From assembly GCA_965247115.1 (NCBI GenBank), contig CBDFGR010000003.1:1568001-1632000 (forward strand): a stretch of 64,000 nt of DNA. Reading direction: 5' to 3'. This document shows, piece after piece, positions 9,850-19,401 of the stretch (position 1 is the first letter of the stretch; the number at the start of each line of letters is the position of its first letter). This stretch comes from Myxococcota bacterium (lineage in GTDB: Bacteria > Myxococcota_A > UBA9160 > SZUA-336). Under the pieces are notes generated by a model. It made no database searches, had not been told where the DNA came from, and saw only the letters and a list, made by a program, of their open reading frames with translations. The translations under genes and the position numbers were made by a program.

Positions 9850-10510
9850 GCTGAGTGACGACGCACATGTGTGGAGCTGCTACAACGGCCTGCTGCTGGG
9901 CCCGGACGTCGATCGTGTGCGCAAGCTCCTGGTCCGCTACGAGCTGCTGAAGCGCTGCCTCGGGGTTCCCGGAGACGTCGTGGAGTGCGGGGTCTTCAAG
10001 GGCGCCGGGCTGATGTACTGGCTCAAGCTGCTCGCGATCCTCGCTCCGGTGGCCCAACGTCGTGTCGTGGGCTTCGATACGTTCTCGTCCTTCTCGGATT
10101 CGCTGCTCCCCTACGAGCAGGGCCCGGCCGATGCGTTCACAAGCGAGGCGAGCTTCGACGGGGTCAATCCCGACGACATTCTGGCGCTGGCGCGTGCGGC
10201 GGGCCTTGCAGATCGAGTCGAGCTCGTGGCTGGCGACATCGCGACGAGCGGACCGAAGTACGTCTCGGAGAACCCCGGGTTCCGGATCGCGCTCCTCCAC
10301 CTGGATCTCGACACCTACCACGGCACTCGCGCTGCGCTCGAAGCCCTCTATACGAGTGTGGTTCCCGGCGGGCTGATCGTCCTCGACGAGTACGGTAGCC
10401 GCGGCTGGGGGGAGAGCGACGCCGTCGATGAATTCTTCGCCGGTCGCGGCGTCGAGATCCGCAGCGTCGACCACTCCATCCAACCGACCGCATGCATCGT
10501 CAAGCCATGA
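9842..10510 (+). CDS. TylF/MycF-family sugar O-methyltransferase
   Basis: VPGDVVECGVFKG, GFDTF, LHLDLDTY, PGGLIVLDEY. Confidence 0.85.
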   Translation: MPELSDDAHVWSCYNGLLLGPDVDRVRKLLVRYELLKRCLGVPGDVVECGVFKGAGLMYWLKLLAILAPVAQRRVVGFDTFSSFSDSLLPYEQGPADAFTSEASFDGVNPDDILALARAAGLADRVELVAGDIATSGPKYVSENPGFRIALLHLDLDTYHGTRAALEALYTSVVPGGLIVLDEYGSRGWGESDAVDEFFAGRGVEIRSVDHSIQPTACIVKP

Positions 10511-11337
10511 GTGCGATTGCCATCATGCAGGGTCGTCTGTGCCCGAAGGCTCCGGGACAGCTGCAGTCCTTTCCCTGGGACTGCTGGCCGGAGGAGTTCG
10601 ACCGCGCTCGAGACCTGGGCTTCGACGCGATCGAGTGGCTCTTCGATGCGCCGCGCTGGTCCGAAAATCCGATCTGCTCGGCAGCGGGAAGGAGAGAGAT
10701 CACCCGCCTCACAGCGGATGCAGGCGTTGCCGTGAGCAGTGTCTGTGCGCACTGGTCCACCGCTGGGAGCCTGGCCTCCCCGGATCTCGCGGTACGCGCC
10801 CGCGCCGTCGGCATCTTGCGGGATCTCCGGGAGCACTGTGTGCAGCTCGGCATTCGCGTCGTTGTACTTCCGTGTCTAGAACACGGCTCGCTGCGGGCAG
10901 CAGGGGCAAGAGAGCGGACCGCACAAGCCCTGCGCGCGGCTCTGGGGCGTAACGAGGGAGGACCTCGGGTGGCTCTCGAGACGGACTTGCCCGCGCATGA
11001 GCTCGCTGCCTTCTTACGCGAGACGGGACTCAAGGAGCTGGGCGTCTGTTGCGACCTGGGAAATGCGACCGCGCAGGGGCTCGATCCCACGCTGGAGCTT
11101 CGAGCTCTCGCGGAGCAGCTGCTCGAGGTGCACGTCAAGGATCGCACTCAGGCGGGCATCAGTGTTCCGCTCGGGACCGGCGACACACCACTGGCGTCTG
11201 CTCTGGCTCTGCTTGGCGAGCTCAGCTACTCCGGGCCCCTCGTCCTCGAGACGCCGGTGGAAGACGACTGGCACGCCGCCGCGCAGCGAAACCGAGGCTA
11301 CGTGCGCAAGCACGCATTCCGCGAGGCGCTTGCATGA
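10507..11337 (+). CDS. Sugar-phosphate isomerase/epimerase (xylose isomerase-like TIM barrel)
   Basis: IMQGRL, GFDAIEW, ALET, DLGN, VHVKDR, GTGD; ATGA coupling. Confidence 0.82.
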   Translation: MSAIAIMQGRLCPKAPGQLQSFPWDCWPEEFDRARDLGFDAIEWLFDAPRWSENPICSAAGRREITRLTADAGVAVSSVCAHWSTAGSLASPDLAVRARAVGILRDLREHCVQLGIRVVVLPCLEHGSLRAAGARERTAQALRAALGRNEGGPRVALETDLPAHELAAFLRETGLKELGVCCDLGNATAQGLDPTLELRALAEQLLEVHVKDRTQAGISVPLGTGDTPLASALALLGELSYSGPLVLETPVEDDWHAAAQRNRGYVRKHAFREALA

Positions 11338-12371
11338 AGGCGCTCTTCGCAGGATTGGGATCGATCGGTCAGCGGCACCTCCGCAACCTGGCTCGGCTTG
11401 CGCCGGAGGTGCGGCTCATCGCGCATCGAACGCGCCGTAGCGCGCCAGTTCTCGACGACTCGATGCATGTCGACGAGAGCGCGGATCTCCTTCGAGACCA
11501 CAAGCTCGTCGAGTACGATGAGCTCGACCGCGCGCTTGGCGAGCGGCCCGAGATCGCCTTCATCACCAATCCGTCGGCACTGCACGTGGACACCGCCCTG
11601 CGCTGCGTGGCTGCTGGTTGCCACGTGTTCGTCGAGAAGCCGCTCGCCTCGAGCTGGCAGCGGGTCGAGGAGCTGATCGACCGCGTCGAGGCACGCGGAC
11701 TCGTGGGGGCGGTGGGCTACCAGCTCCGCATGCACCCCGGGGTGCGTCTTGTCGAGGAGTGGCTGCGAGCGGGTCGCATTGGCAACGTGGTGTCGGCGAC
11801 GCTCTGCAACGGCGAGGCCCTGCCGGACTGGCATCCCTACGAGGACTACAGGGAGGGATACGCGGCGCGCGAAGAGCTCGGGGGCGGCGCCCTCCTCACG
11901 CAGATCCACGAGCTGGACCTCGCGCTGTGGCTGTTCGGAATGCCCACACGCGTCTTTGCCGTGGGCGGCCGGCTCAGTCGCCTGGAGGTGGACGTCGAGG
12001 ACTGCGCCACGGTGCTTCTCGAGTGTCGGCCTGCTGGCCGCCCGCTGCCCGTGACCGTGCAGCTCGACTACGTCCAGGCACCCCCGGTTCGCAGCTGTAC
12101 CATCGTGGGCGACGCGGGCCGCATCGAGCTCGATCTGATCGCGGGCGCCGCTATGCTGCGGACCCGAGACGTCGTCGTGGACGAGCGCTTCGCGGACTTC
12201 GTCCGAAACGACATGTTCGTTGCGGAGCTCGGGCAATTTCTCGATGCTGTGCGCGGAGCCGGCAAACCGGCGGTCGATCTTCGCGAGGGCGCCCGGAGCC
12301 TGCGTCTCGCTCTGGCCGCTCGCCGTTCGCTCGGCGAGGGACGTGCCGTCGAGCTCTCGGGACGGGACTGA
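11334..12371 (+). CDS. Gfo/Idh/MocA oxidoreductase
   Basis: GLGSIGQRH, HVFVEKP, GGGALL..IHELD. Confidence 0.9.
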   Translation: MKALFAGLGSIGQRHLRNLARLAPEVRLIAHRTRRSAPVLDDSMHVDESADLLRDHKLVEYDELDRALGERPEIAFITNPSALHVDTALRCVAAGCHVFVEKPLASSWQRVEELIDRVEARGLVGAVGYQLRMHPGVRLVEEWLRAGRIGNVVSATLCNGEALPDWHPYEDYREGYAAREELGGGALLTQIHELDLALWLFGMPTRVFAVGGRLSRLEVDVEDCATVLLECRPAGRPLPVTVQLDYVQAPPVRSCTIVGDAGRIELDLIAGAAMLRTRDVVVDERFADFVRNDMFVAELGQFLDAVRGAGKPAVDLREGARSLRLALAARRSLGEGRAVELSGRD

Positions 12372-12374
12372 GCC

Positions 12375-13133
12375 GTGGGCGACCGGCCGGAGGTGCTCGC
12401 ATTCATCCCCGCGCGGGGCGGCTCCAAGAGCGTGCCCCGCAAGAACCTGGTCGAGGTCGGGGGCCGCCCGCTGATCGCGCACAGCATCCTGCACGCGGAG
12501 GCAGCGCGACGGATTACGCGAACGATCGTGTCGACGGAAGACGAGGAGATCGCCGGCGTTGCCGAGGAGTGGGGAGCGGATGTGCCGTTCGTGCGCCCGG
12601 ACAAGCTCGCGGGTGATGCGTCTCCCGACATCGACGTCCTGCGGCACGTGCTCGAGTGGCTGCGAGACGAGGAGGGCTACTCCCCGGAGCTCGTCGTCCA
12701 CCTCCGACCCACGAACCCCGTGCGCCGATCCGAACGGATCGATGCGGCGATCGAGCAGATGCTCGCAACACCCGAGGCGGATGCTCTGCGCTCTGTTCAG
12801 ATCGCAGTGCAGACTCCCTACAAGATGTGGCGCATCGAGGATCAGCGCCTGGTGGCCGTGGCCGAGTTGGATGGTCTGTGCGAGGCGCACTCGATGCCCC
12901 GTCAGATTTTGCCCCGCACCTACTGGCAGAACGGCTACGTGGACATCGTGCGCCCCCGAACCGTACTGGAGAAGTGTTCGATGGTCGGCGATCTGCTGCT
13001 CCCCTTCGTGATCGAGGAGGAGAGCTGCGACATCGATTACCCCGAAGATGTGGAGCGCGCGGACGATACGTTGCGACGCCTTGCCCATGGTGGAGCGCAG
13101 CGGGCTCCCCGCGGAGATCGTAGTCCGTCATGA
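12375..13133 (+). CDS. neuA: Acylneuraminate cytidylyltransferase (CMP-nonulosonate synthetase)
   Basis: IPARGGSKSVPRKN, LRPTNP, QNG, DIDYPED. Confidence 0.9.
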   Translation: MGDRPEVLAFIPARGGSKSVPRKNLVEVGGRPLIAHSILHAEAARRITRTIVSTEDEEIAGVAEEWGADVPFVRPDKLAGDASPDIDVLRHVLEWLRDEEGYSPELVVHLRPTNPVRRSERIDAAIEQMLATPEADALRSVQIAVQTPYKMWRIEDQRLVAVAELDGLCEAHSMPRQILPRTYWQNGYVDIVRPRTVLEKCSMVGDLLLPFVIEEESCDIDYPEDVERADDTLRRLAHGGAQRAPRGDRSPS

Positions 13134-13996
13134 GTTCCGGCGTCCGCACTCCGCGCCCGACCCGCCGGGTCCGCGACGTCTTTGAGTTGACGGGCAGGGT
13201 CGCGGTGATCACGGGTGGGGCGGGTCTTCTCGGTCGGCGACACGCGGAGGCCATCGCGGAGCTCGGAGGGGTGCCGGTGCTCCTGGACCTTGACCACGCT
13301 GCTGCAGAGCGGACGGCGAAGGAGCTGCGCGACGCGCACGGCTGCGACGCACATTCCGTGCCGTCTGATGTGAGCTGTCCGGAGGATGTAGAGTCAGCTC
13401 TCGCCGCGGTCCTATCGCGCTACGGACGCGTCGACATTCTGGTCAACAACGCCGCGCGCAACCCGGCCGTCGCTTCGACCGGTCTCGACGATGGGGTCGC
13501 GAGCCGTCTGGAATCTCTGCCACTCGACGTCTGGAATGCAGACCTCGCGGTCGGCCTGACTGGTGCGTTCCTCTGCGCGCGCACCTTTGGCAGCGAGATG
13601 GCGCGCGCCGGGGGCGGCGTGATCCTGAACATCGCATCGGACCTCGGGCTGATTGCCCCCGATCAGCGGCTGTACACAAGACCGGGCCGCTCGGCCGAGA
13701 CGCAGCCGACCAAGCCCGCGAGCTACTCGGTCGTGAAGCACGGCCTGATCGGTCTGACTCGCTACCTGGCCACGTACTGGGCGGATCGGGGTGTTCGTGC
13801 GAACGCGCTGGCACCGGGTGGTGTGCACACGGACCAGGAGTGCGAGTTCGTGGAGCGCGTTGCTGCGCTGATCCCGATGGGGCGGCTGGCGGAGCCCGAC
13901 GAGTACAAGGCTGCGGTCGCGTTTCTGGTCTCGGACGCGTCGTCCTACATGAACGGCGCCGTTCTCCCGATCGACGGGGGCCGCACCTGCTGGTAG
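13130..13996 (+). CDS. SDR oxidoreductase (PtmA-like)
   Basis: ITGGAGLLG, LVNNA, YSVVKHG, DGG. Confidence 0.88.
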   Translation: MSSGVRTPRPTRRVRDVFELTGRVAVITGGAGLLGRRHAEAIAELGGVPVLLDLDHAAAERTAKELRDAHGCDAHSVPSDVSCPEDVESALAAVLSRYGRVDILVNNAARNPAVASTGLDDGVASRLESLPLDVWNADLAVGLTGAFLCARTFGSEMARAGGGVILNIASDLGLIAPDQRLYTRPGRSAETQPTKPASYSVVKHGLIGLTRYLATYWADRGVRANALAPGGVHTDQECEFVERVAALIPMGRLAEPDEYKAAVAFLVSDASSYMNGAVLPIDGGRTCW

Positions 13997-14932
13997 TCAG
14001 GCGGGTCTGTTCTCACGGATGAACGAGACGGCGATCAGAACGCGTTCGCGACCTGGAAGCTGCGGCCAGCCCCGGTGGATGCCGCTCTGGTTCGAGACGA
14101 TCAGGGTTCCAGCGGACCCCAACACCTTGACCTCTCTTGCGGGATCCCACAGCGCTGCGTCCGTCTCCCGTCCTCCCGTCTCGGTCTGGATGCGCCGGTT
14201 CAGGGTGCGCACCAGCCCGGCCCGGTGGCTGCCCGCGACATAGCAGTAGGGACCAAAGCTCTCGTCGGGCACGTCGGTCAAGTACAGAAACGCCTTGAAC
14301 TGGGTGTAGAAGGCGTCGTAGTGCCAGCCGCGCGTCTGGGTGATCGAGCGGTTCACGTATGCGTTCATCACCTTGAGATCCGGCCTGGACCCTCCCGCCT
14401 CGGTGATGAGCTGGTTGATCTCGGGGTCTTCGCGCAGCGTGGCGAGCTCTGGCAGGATCCGGTCCACGTGCATCAGATCGAGCATGCCCACGTCGCCTCG
14501 TGTCCGCTTGATCAGTACGGGCTTGTTGCAAGCTGCGATCTCCCCGTAGCCCTCCAGGCCGCGGTAGCCATCGCCCTGTACCTTCTGGATCAGCCGCGCG
14601 TCCTCCCAGGGCCACTCGTCGGGTAGAGACGCCAGGACCTCTTCGAGGCGACCCCGCAACACCTCGCACTGCTCCGCCGATACCGCGCCAGGGAGCACGA
14701 CGATGCCGGAGCGATCGAGCTCCTCCGCGACGCTACTCGTGGGGCCGGGTACCAACGGCGCCGTACCGTGCGCTTTCTCCAACGCCTCGACCCGCCGCTC
14801 GAGCGCCTCTACCTGCCCGCGCAGGCGAGCCTCCTCCTCGGCGGCACAGCAGAGGACGAGTTCGCTCAGCTCCCGCTCACTGAGGGCCAAGGCCTGCTCC
14901 GCGTCCGCACACGTCTGACTGATCGGCCGCAT
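13997..14932 (-). CDS. PhyH-like Fe(II)/2-oxoglutarate dioxygenase with N-terminal coiled coil
   Basis: WHYD, FLYLTDV, GPYCYVAGSH, IHRG. Confidence 0.75.
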   Translation of the reverse strand: MRPISQTCADAEQALALSERELSELVLCCAAEEEARLRGQVEALERRVEALEKAHGTAPLVPGPTSSVAEELDRSGIVVLPGAVSAEQCEVLRGRLEEVLASLPDEWPWEDARLIQKVQGDGYRGLEGYGEIAACNKPVLIKRTRGDVGMLDLMHVDRILPELATLREDPEINQLITEAGGSRPDLKVMNAYVNRSITQTRGWHYDAFYTQFKAFLYLTDVPDESFGPYCYVAGSHRAGLVRTLNRRIQTETGGRETDAALWDPAREVKVLGSAGTLIVSNQSGIHRGWPQLPGRERVLIAVSFIRENRPA

Positions 14933-14968
14933 GGCCGCGGGCTTGACGCGCTCGGGGCTCCGTTCCGC

Positions 14969-16156
14969 CTACTCGATCGTCCCGGCGTCCGCGAGCGAGC
15001 GGAGCTCGTCTCCGTCGAGGCCGAGCTCGTCGCGGAGCACCTCCCTCGTGTGTTGGCCGAGCAGGGGTGAGGCCTGGATCGGTACGTCGTTCCGGGACAT
15101 GCGAGGTCCCCATCCGAGCAGGCGGACCGTACCCACCGCTTCGTGCTCCACCGTCTTGATGAAGTCGCGTGCGAGCAGGTGTGGGTCGTGGAACAGGTCG
15201 CGCGTGTCCAGGATCGCACTGGCGGGCACGCCGGCGTCGCCGAGCTCCACCATCGCGTCCCGCTTCGTCCGCGTGCGTGTCCACGCGGCGACCTCCTCAT
15301 AGAGCTCTGCCCCGTTCTTCTCGCGCCCGACCCCGCTGTCGAAGCGTGGGTCCGTCAGCAGATCGCGGCGCGCGATCGTATCGCAGAGGGTCTCCCACAT
15401 CCGCGTATTGACGACCATGATGTACACGTAATCGTTCGGGCCGAAGGGCTTGCAGGGGTACATGTTCGTCGGCGCACCGGCGCCGTTTCCGGAGCGAGGC
15501 GTCGCATGCTCGCCCCAGCCGTTGCCCGACACCATGGTGCGCATGTAGTAGGTCATCGCCTCCTGCATCGACAGCTCGATCAGCTGACCCTCTCCCGTGC
15601 GCTGCTTTTGCACGAGTGCGGCTGCAATGGCGAGAGCCATCTGCACACCCGTGCCGGCGTCTCCCGTTGTGGGGCCGGGCCGAAGGGGTGGTCCATCGGG
15701 CGTCCCCGTGATCGAAAATGCCCCCGCTGCTGCCTGTGCGATCATGTCCATGCACTTGTAGCTCGCGTACGGACCGCTGGTGCCGAAGCCCTTGATGCGG
15801 GCGTAGATGATCTCGGGGTGCACGGACTTCATGACCTCGTAGCCAATGTCGAGCTTCTCGATCACACCCGGTCCGTAGTTCTCGACGAAGACGTCGTAGC
15901 GGGGCACCAGACCCAGCAGCAGCTCGCGGCCCCGCGCATCGTTCAGGTCGATGGTCACGCTGCGCTTGTTGCTGTTCCAGTTGATGAAGTAGGGGGAGTT
16001 GTCTTCCCCCCTTCGGATGCCGCGGCCGGGATCACCGACTTTCGGCTGCTCGACCTTGACCACGTCGGCACCGAGCCAGGCAAGGGCTTGCGTGCAGGAG
16101 GTTCCGGCCTCGTACTGCGTCATGTCGAGGATGCGAATTCCCTCGAGTGCGGACAT
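14969..16156 (-). CDS. Class III CoA-transferase (formyl-CoA transferase-like)
   Basis: LEGIRILDMTQYEAG, LGADVVKVE, NSNKRS, VENY, GDAGTG. Confidence 0.92.
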   Translation of the reverse strand: MSALEGIRILDMTQYEAGTSCTQALAWLGADVVKVEQPKVGDPGRGIRRGEDNSPYFINWNSNKRSVTIDLNDARGRELLLGLVPRYDVFVENYGPGVIEKLDIGYEVMKSVHPEIIYARIKGFGTSGPYASYKCMDMIAQAAAGAFSITGTPDGPPLRPGPTTGDAGTGVQMALAIAAALVQKQRTGEGQLIELSMQEAMTYYMRTMVSGNGWGEHATPRSGNGAGAPTNMYPCKPFGPNDYVYIMVVNTRMWETLCDTIARRDLLTDPRFDSGVGREKNGAELYEEVAAWTRTRTKRDAMVELGDAGVPASAILDTRDLFHDPHLLARDFIKTVEHEAVGTVRLLGWGPRMSRNDVPIQASPLLGQHTREVLRDELGLDGDELRSLADAGTIE

Positions 16157-16243
16157 CTTCGGCCCCCTGGGCTGGTCTGGTTGGATGGCGCCATCCTACT
16201 AGATGGTCTCGCGCCACGCAGAGCTTCGTTAGATTGGAGCGCG

Positions 16244-16801
16244 ATGAGCGAGCAGCCCGAGAACTGGCTGGAGCTGCAGGAGCAGCTGCTCTCGGGAGAC
16301 CGGGTTGCGTTCGCGCGCATGAATCGCCTGATCAGCGGCTTTCTGATCCGCCTGCGCGCGTACGACTTCCGCGAGGAGTGGGACGATCTTCGTCAGGAGG
16401 TCCTCGTCTCCGTGATCGCGAACGCACGGCGTGGCAGTCTGCGAGATCCTCAGGCGTTCGTCGGCTACGTGCGCATCATCACGCGCAACAAGTTCATGGA
16501 CAGGCTCAAGCGCAGCCTGCGCGCCGGCGAGAAGGCGACCCTGCCCTGGGACGAGGAGACCGCCTGGCTGACGGCGAGCGCTGCCGTCCCGCGCGTAGAC
16601 ACGGGCGCCCTCGAGCTGTGGGCCGAGGTCCAGAAGCTTCCGCGCGAGCGGCGCCAGCTCGTGGAGGCCGTCTACCGCCAGGGCAAGACCTATCAGGAGG
16701 CCGCGGACGACGCAGGTGTGCCGCTCGGAACCGCGAAGCGCTGGCTCCGGGAGGCTCTGGTCGAGCTCCGCAAGCGCCTTCGCGACTCGGAGGCGGGGTG
16801 A
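16244..16801 (+). CDS. ECF RNA polymerase sigma factor
   Basis: DDLRQEVL, ITRNKFMD, TYQEAA..GVPLGTAKRW. Confidence 0.88.
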   Translation: MSEQPENWLELQEQLLSGDRVAFARMNRLISGFLIRLRAYDFREEWDDLRQEVLVSVIANARRGSLRDPQAFVGYVRIITRNKFMDRLKRSLRAGEKATLPWDEETAWLTASAAVPRVDTGALELWAEVQKLPRERRQLVEAVYRQGKTYQEAADDAGVPLGTAKRWLREALVELRKRLRDSEAG

Positions 16802-16805
16802 TCCG

Positions 16806-17804
16806 ATGCAGGGACCCCGGCAGACCTATACCGAGGTGAGCTGCGACAGAGCCAAGCAGATCGACCTGCTCTCGTTCGTCTCCGAGCCCGCAGGGGAGGG
16901 GTTTGCCGCGTTTCGCAAGCACTATCCGCTCTGCTCGCCTTGCTCGGCCGAGGTTCGGGCATGGAACGAGCTGCACCTCTCACTCCAGGACGCGGGCGGG
17001 GCACGCGCGCATCCCGGCGTGGAGACCCTCGCGAGCTTCGGGGCGAGCCGGACCGCGCTCTCCGCCCAGGCGCAGACCGCGATCGAGTCGCACCTGGCGG
17101 CCTGTCCGGCCTGCCGCGAGGAGCTGGGCGCGCTGCGCCGCACGGATCCGATCGGCCTCGCCTCGCCCGCCGCGAAGAGTGGCTGGCTGAGCGGGGCGCT
17201 GAGCGCGCTGCCCGGACGGCTGCGCGGCATGGTCATGCATCCTGCCTTCGCTTACGGGGTGGCGTTGCTCCTGCTCTACCCCGCCCTACAGGCACGCAGG
17301 GATTCGAGCCCGGCGATCCGGCCTGCCGAGTCCGCAGCACAGGCGGATCTTGCGCCTGCCGCCGAGTCGTTTGCAGCCTCGTCTCTCCGGGTCGAGCGCC
17401 AGACTCTCGCGGCCAAGGCGGAGGAGTCGCTGCCCGAGGCGGCGCGGGGGCGAGCCTTCGACGCGGAGGCGGCAACGGCCGGGGCCGCGAGCTCGCCGCT
17501 GGAGCGCTCCCCGCAGCCCCCGAGCGGGCTCGTGCCATTCCGCGCACGCTTCGAGGGCGCGGTGCTCTACCTGGAGCTGGTCTCCACGACGAGGGACGTG
17601 CCCACCGAGGTGCGCGTGATCTTCCCGGAGGGCGAGCGCGAGCTGCTCCAGCGCTTCGAGCCGTTGAGGTCTCGCGAGCTCGTGCTGGATCTCCCCGGCG
17701 CGTGGCTCACGAACGGCACCTACAGGGTGGGCTACAGGGCGACCGGTGGGCACTGGGTGGAGGGAACCGTGGAACGTGGCGCGGAGTCCGACGCACCAAA
17801 GTGA
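16806..17804 (+). CDS. Anti-sigma factor with two zf-HC2 motifs and a TM helix
   Basis: HYPLCSPC and HLAACPAC; hydrophobic AFAYGVALLLLYPAL; directly after ECF gene; start could be the GTG about 30 nt later. Confidence 0.78.
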   Translation: MQGPRQTYTEVSCDRAKQIDLLSFVSEPAGEGFAAFRKHYPLCSPCSAEVRAWNELHLSLQDAGGARAHPGVETLASFGASRTALSAQAQTAIESHLAACPACREELGALRRTDPIGLASPAAKSGWLSGALSALPGRLRGMVMHPAFAYGVALLLLYPALQARRDSSPAIRPAESAAQADLAPAAESFAASSLRVERQTLAAKAEESLPEAARGRAFDAEAATAGAASSPLERSPQPPSGLVPFRARFEGAVLYLELVSTTRDVPTEVRVIFPEGERELLQRFEPLRSRELVLDLPGAWLTNGTYRVGYRATGGHWVEGTVERGAESDAPK

Positions 17805-17866
17805 CGATCTCTCCGGGGGAGCTCGATCCTGTTACGCTGTCAGGGAACGGGACCATGGAGGCAGCG

Positions 17867-18619
17867 ATGATCGAGAACACGGTCAAGACCATGTGGAGAG
17901 AGGGACGGCCCGCGCTTGGCTGCTGGCTTTCCATCCCGAGCGCATGGTCCGCCGAGGTGATGGCGCGGCAGGGCTACGACTACATATGCCTCGACCTGCA
18001 GCACGGCTTGATCGACTACCAGACCGCGCTCAGCATGCTGCAGGCCATTAGCGCGACGCCCACGATCCCCTTTGCAAGGGTGCCTTCGAACGATTTCGGC
18101 GCGATCAACAAGATCCTGGACGCTGGCGCACTCGGCGTCGTCGTCCCCATGGTGAACAGCCCGGAGGAGGCGCGCGCCGTCGTGGCTGCGTGTCGATACC
18201 ATCCCGATGGCTCGCGCAGCTTCGGCCCCACGCGTGCGGGCTACTCCGCCGGACCCGATTATTTCGAGGGCGCGAACGCCGGAGTGGCGTGCATCCCCAT
18301 GATCGAGACCCGGCAGGCGGTGGAGCGCGTCGACGAGATCCTCTCCGTTCCCGGCATCGACGCGGTCTACGTCGGGCCCGCGGATCTCAGCATCACGCTC
18401 GGTCAGCAGCCGCGCATGGACAACGAGGGAGCCTTCGAGGTCGCCCGACAGACCATCGCAAAGGCGTGTGCGGCCCACGGAGTAACGGCCGGGATCCACG
18501 CGAACGCGTCGCTCGCGGAGAAGCACATCGAGACGGGCTACCGCATGATCACCATCAGCAGCGACACGGGCTCTCTTGCCTCCGGCGCCGCCCGCGACCT
18601 GCGCGTGGCACGCGGCTGA
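17867..18619 (+). CDS. HpcH/HpaI aldolase family
   Basis: DLQHG, LDAGALG, PMIET, VGPADLS. Confidence 0.9.
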   Translation: MIENTVKTMWREGRPALGCWLSIPSAWSAEVMARQGYDYICLDLQHGLIDYQTALSMLQAISATPTIPFARVPSNDFGAINKILDAGALGVVVPMVNSPEEARAVVAACRYHPDGSRSFGPTRAGYSAGPDYFEGANAGVACIPMIETRQAVERVDEILSVPGIDAVYVGPADLSITLGQQPRMDNEGAFEVARQTIAKACAAHGVTAGIHANASLAEKHIETGYRMITISSDTGSLASGAARDLRVARG

Positions 18620-18647
18620 CGCTGTCCGTAGGATCCGCGCACGACGA

Positions 18648-18741
18648 GGCACCCTGCAAGCGCCGTGTCCGCGGCGCGCGCAGCGAAGGCAGTAGGCCTG
18701 AGCGGAGGCGGGTGGCCGTCGGCCGTCAGCGGCCCGCGGGT
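18648..18741 (+). repeat. Dispersed ~95-bp hairpin repeat, diverged copy A
   Basis: GGCACCCTGCAAGCGCC...GCGCGCAGCGAAGG...CCTGAGCGGAGG.GGGTGGC shared with copies at 32918, 33236 and 35983. Confidence 0.8.
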
Positions 18742-18744
18742 CGG

Positions 18745-19301
18745 TTACCCGCGCGCGTTCCCGCAGCGGCTCGGGCATGGATTGGACCAGGGGCGTCGCG
18801 ATCAGGCCAGGGAGAACAGCGTTGGCCGTGATGCCGCGGGGTCCGAATTCCTGGGCGACGGAGCGGGTGAACGCGACCACGCCCGCCTTGCTCGCGGAGT
18901 AGGCGGGCTGACCCAGGCCTGGCTGGAGCGCGGCAACGGAGGCGATGTTGACCACGCGACCCCAGCCCCGCTCGGCCATGGCAGGGACGGCCGCACGGAC
19001 ACAGTGGAACGCTCCGTTCAAGTTGACCTGGATCTCGTGGCTCCAGGCCTCGGGCGTCATGTGCTCGATCCGCGCAATGTTGTTGACGATTCCGGCGTTG
19101 TTCACGAGCACGTCCACGGGCCCGAGCTCCCTCGTGCATGCCTCCACGGCCGCGAGGGCGGACTCGGGATCGGCGACATCCAGCGTGAGCTCGACGGAGC
19201 TTCTGCCAAGGGCGCGTACGGCCTCGGCCGTCGCCACGTCCTCGTCGGGACCGGACCAGCGCTACCTTGCCGTCGAGGGCTGCGGATCCGGAGGTTCCCA
19301 T
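18745..19301 (-). pseudogene. SDR (FabG-like) pseudogene with internal and C-terminal deletions
   Basis: LDGKVALV jumps with a frame change to GPDEDVATAEAV, losing TGxxxGxG; NNAG and YSASK intact; C-terminal PxGR segment absent. Confidence 0.8.
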
Positions 19302-19330
19302 GACGACCTACCGATACCACGCGGAAACCG

Positions 19331-19368
19331 CGCTAGGGAAGCGAAGTCGCGCTAGGAAAGCGAAGTCG
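19331..19368. repeat. 19-bp tandem direct repeat in divergent intergenic region
   Basis: CGCTAGGGAAGCGAAGTCG followed by CGCTAGGAAAGCGAAGTCG. Confidence 0.85.
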
Positions 19369-19401
19369 TGATATCGTTCCAGGTCTCAATCGGAGGAAGC
19401 G

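Noticed and set aside
11298..13088. 596-aa minus-strand ORF (also 41203-43167, 52982-54802, 56104-57789, 23034-24770, 51907-53463)
   Set aside because: Shadow ORFs over well-supported genes; expected in high-GC DNA, no family motifs
15143..16243. Long N-terminal extensions in the ORF track (ECF sigma here; also aldolase from 16940, HAD from 48666, acyl-CoA DH to 34927, adaptor from 57714)
   Set aside because: Overlap real genes on another strand or frame; motif-based starts lie downstream
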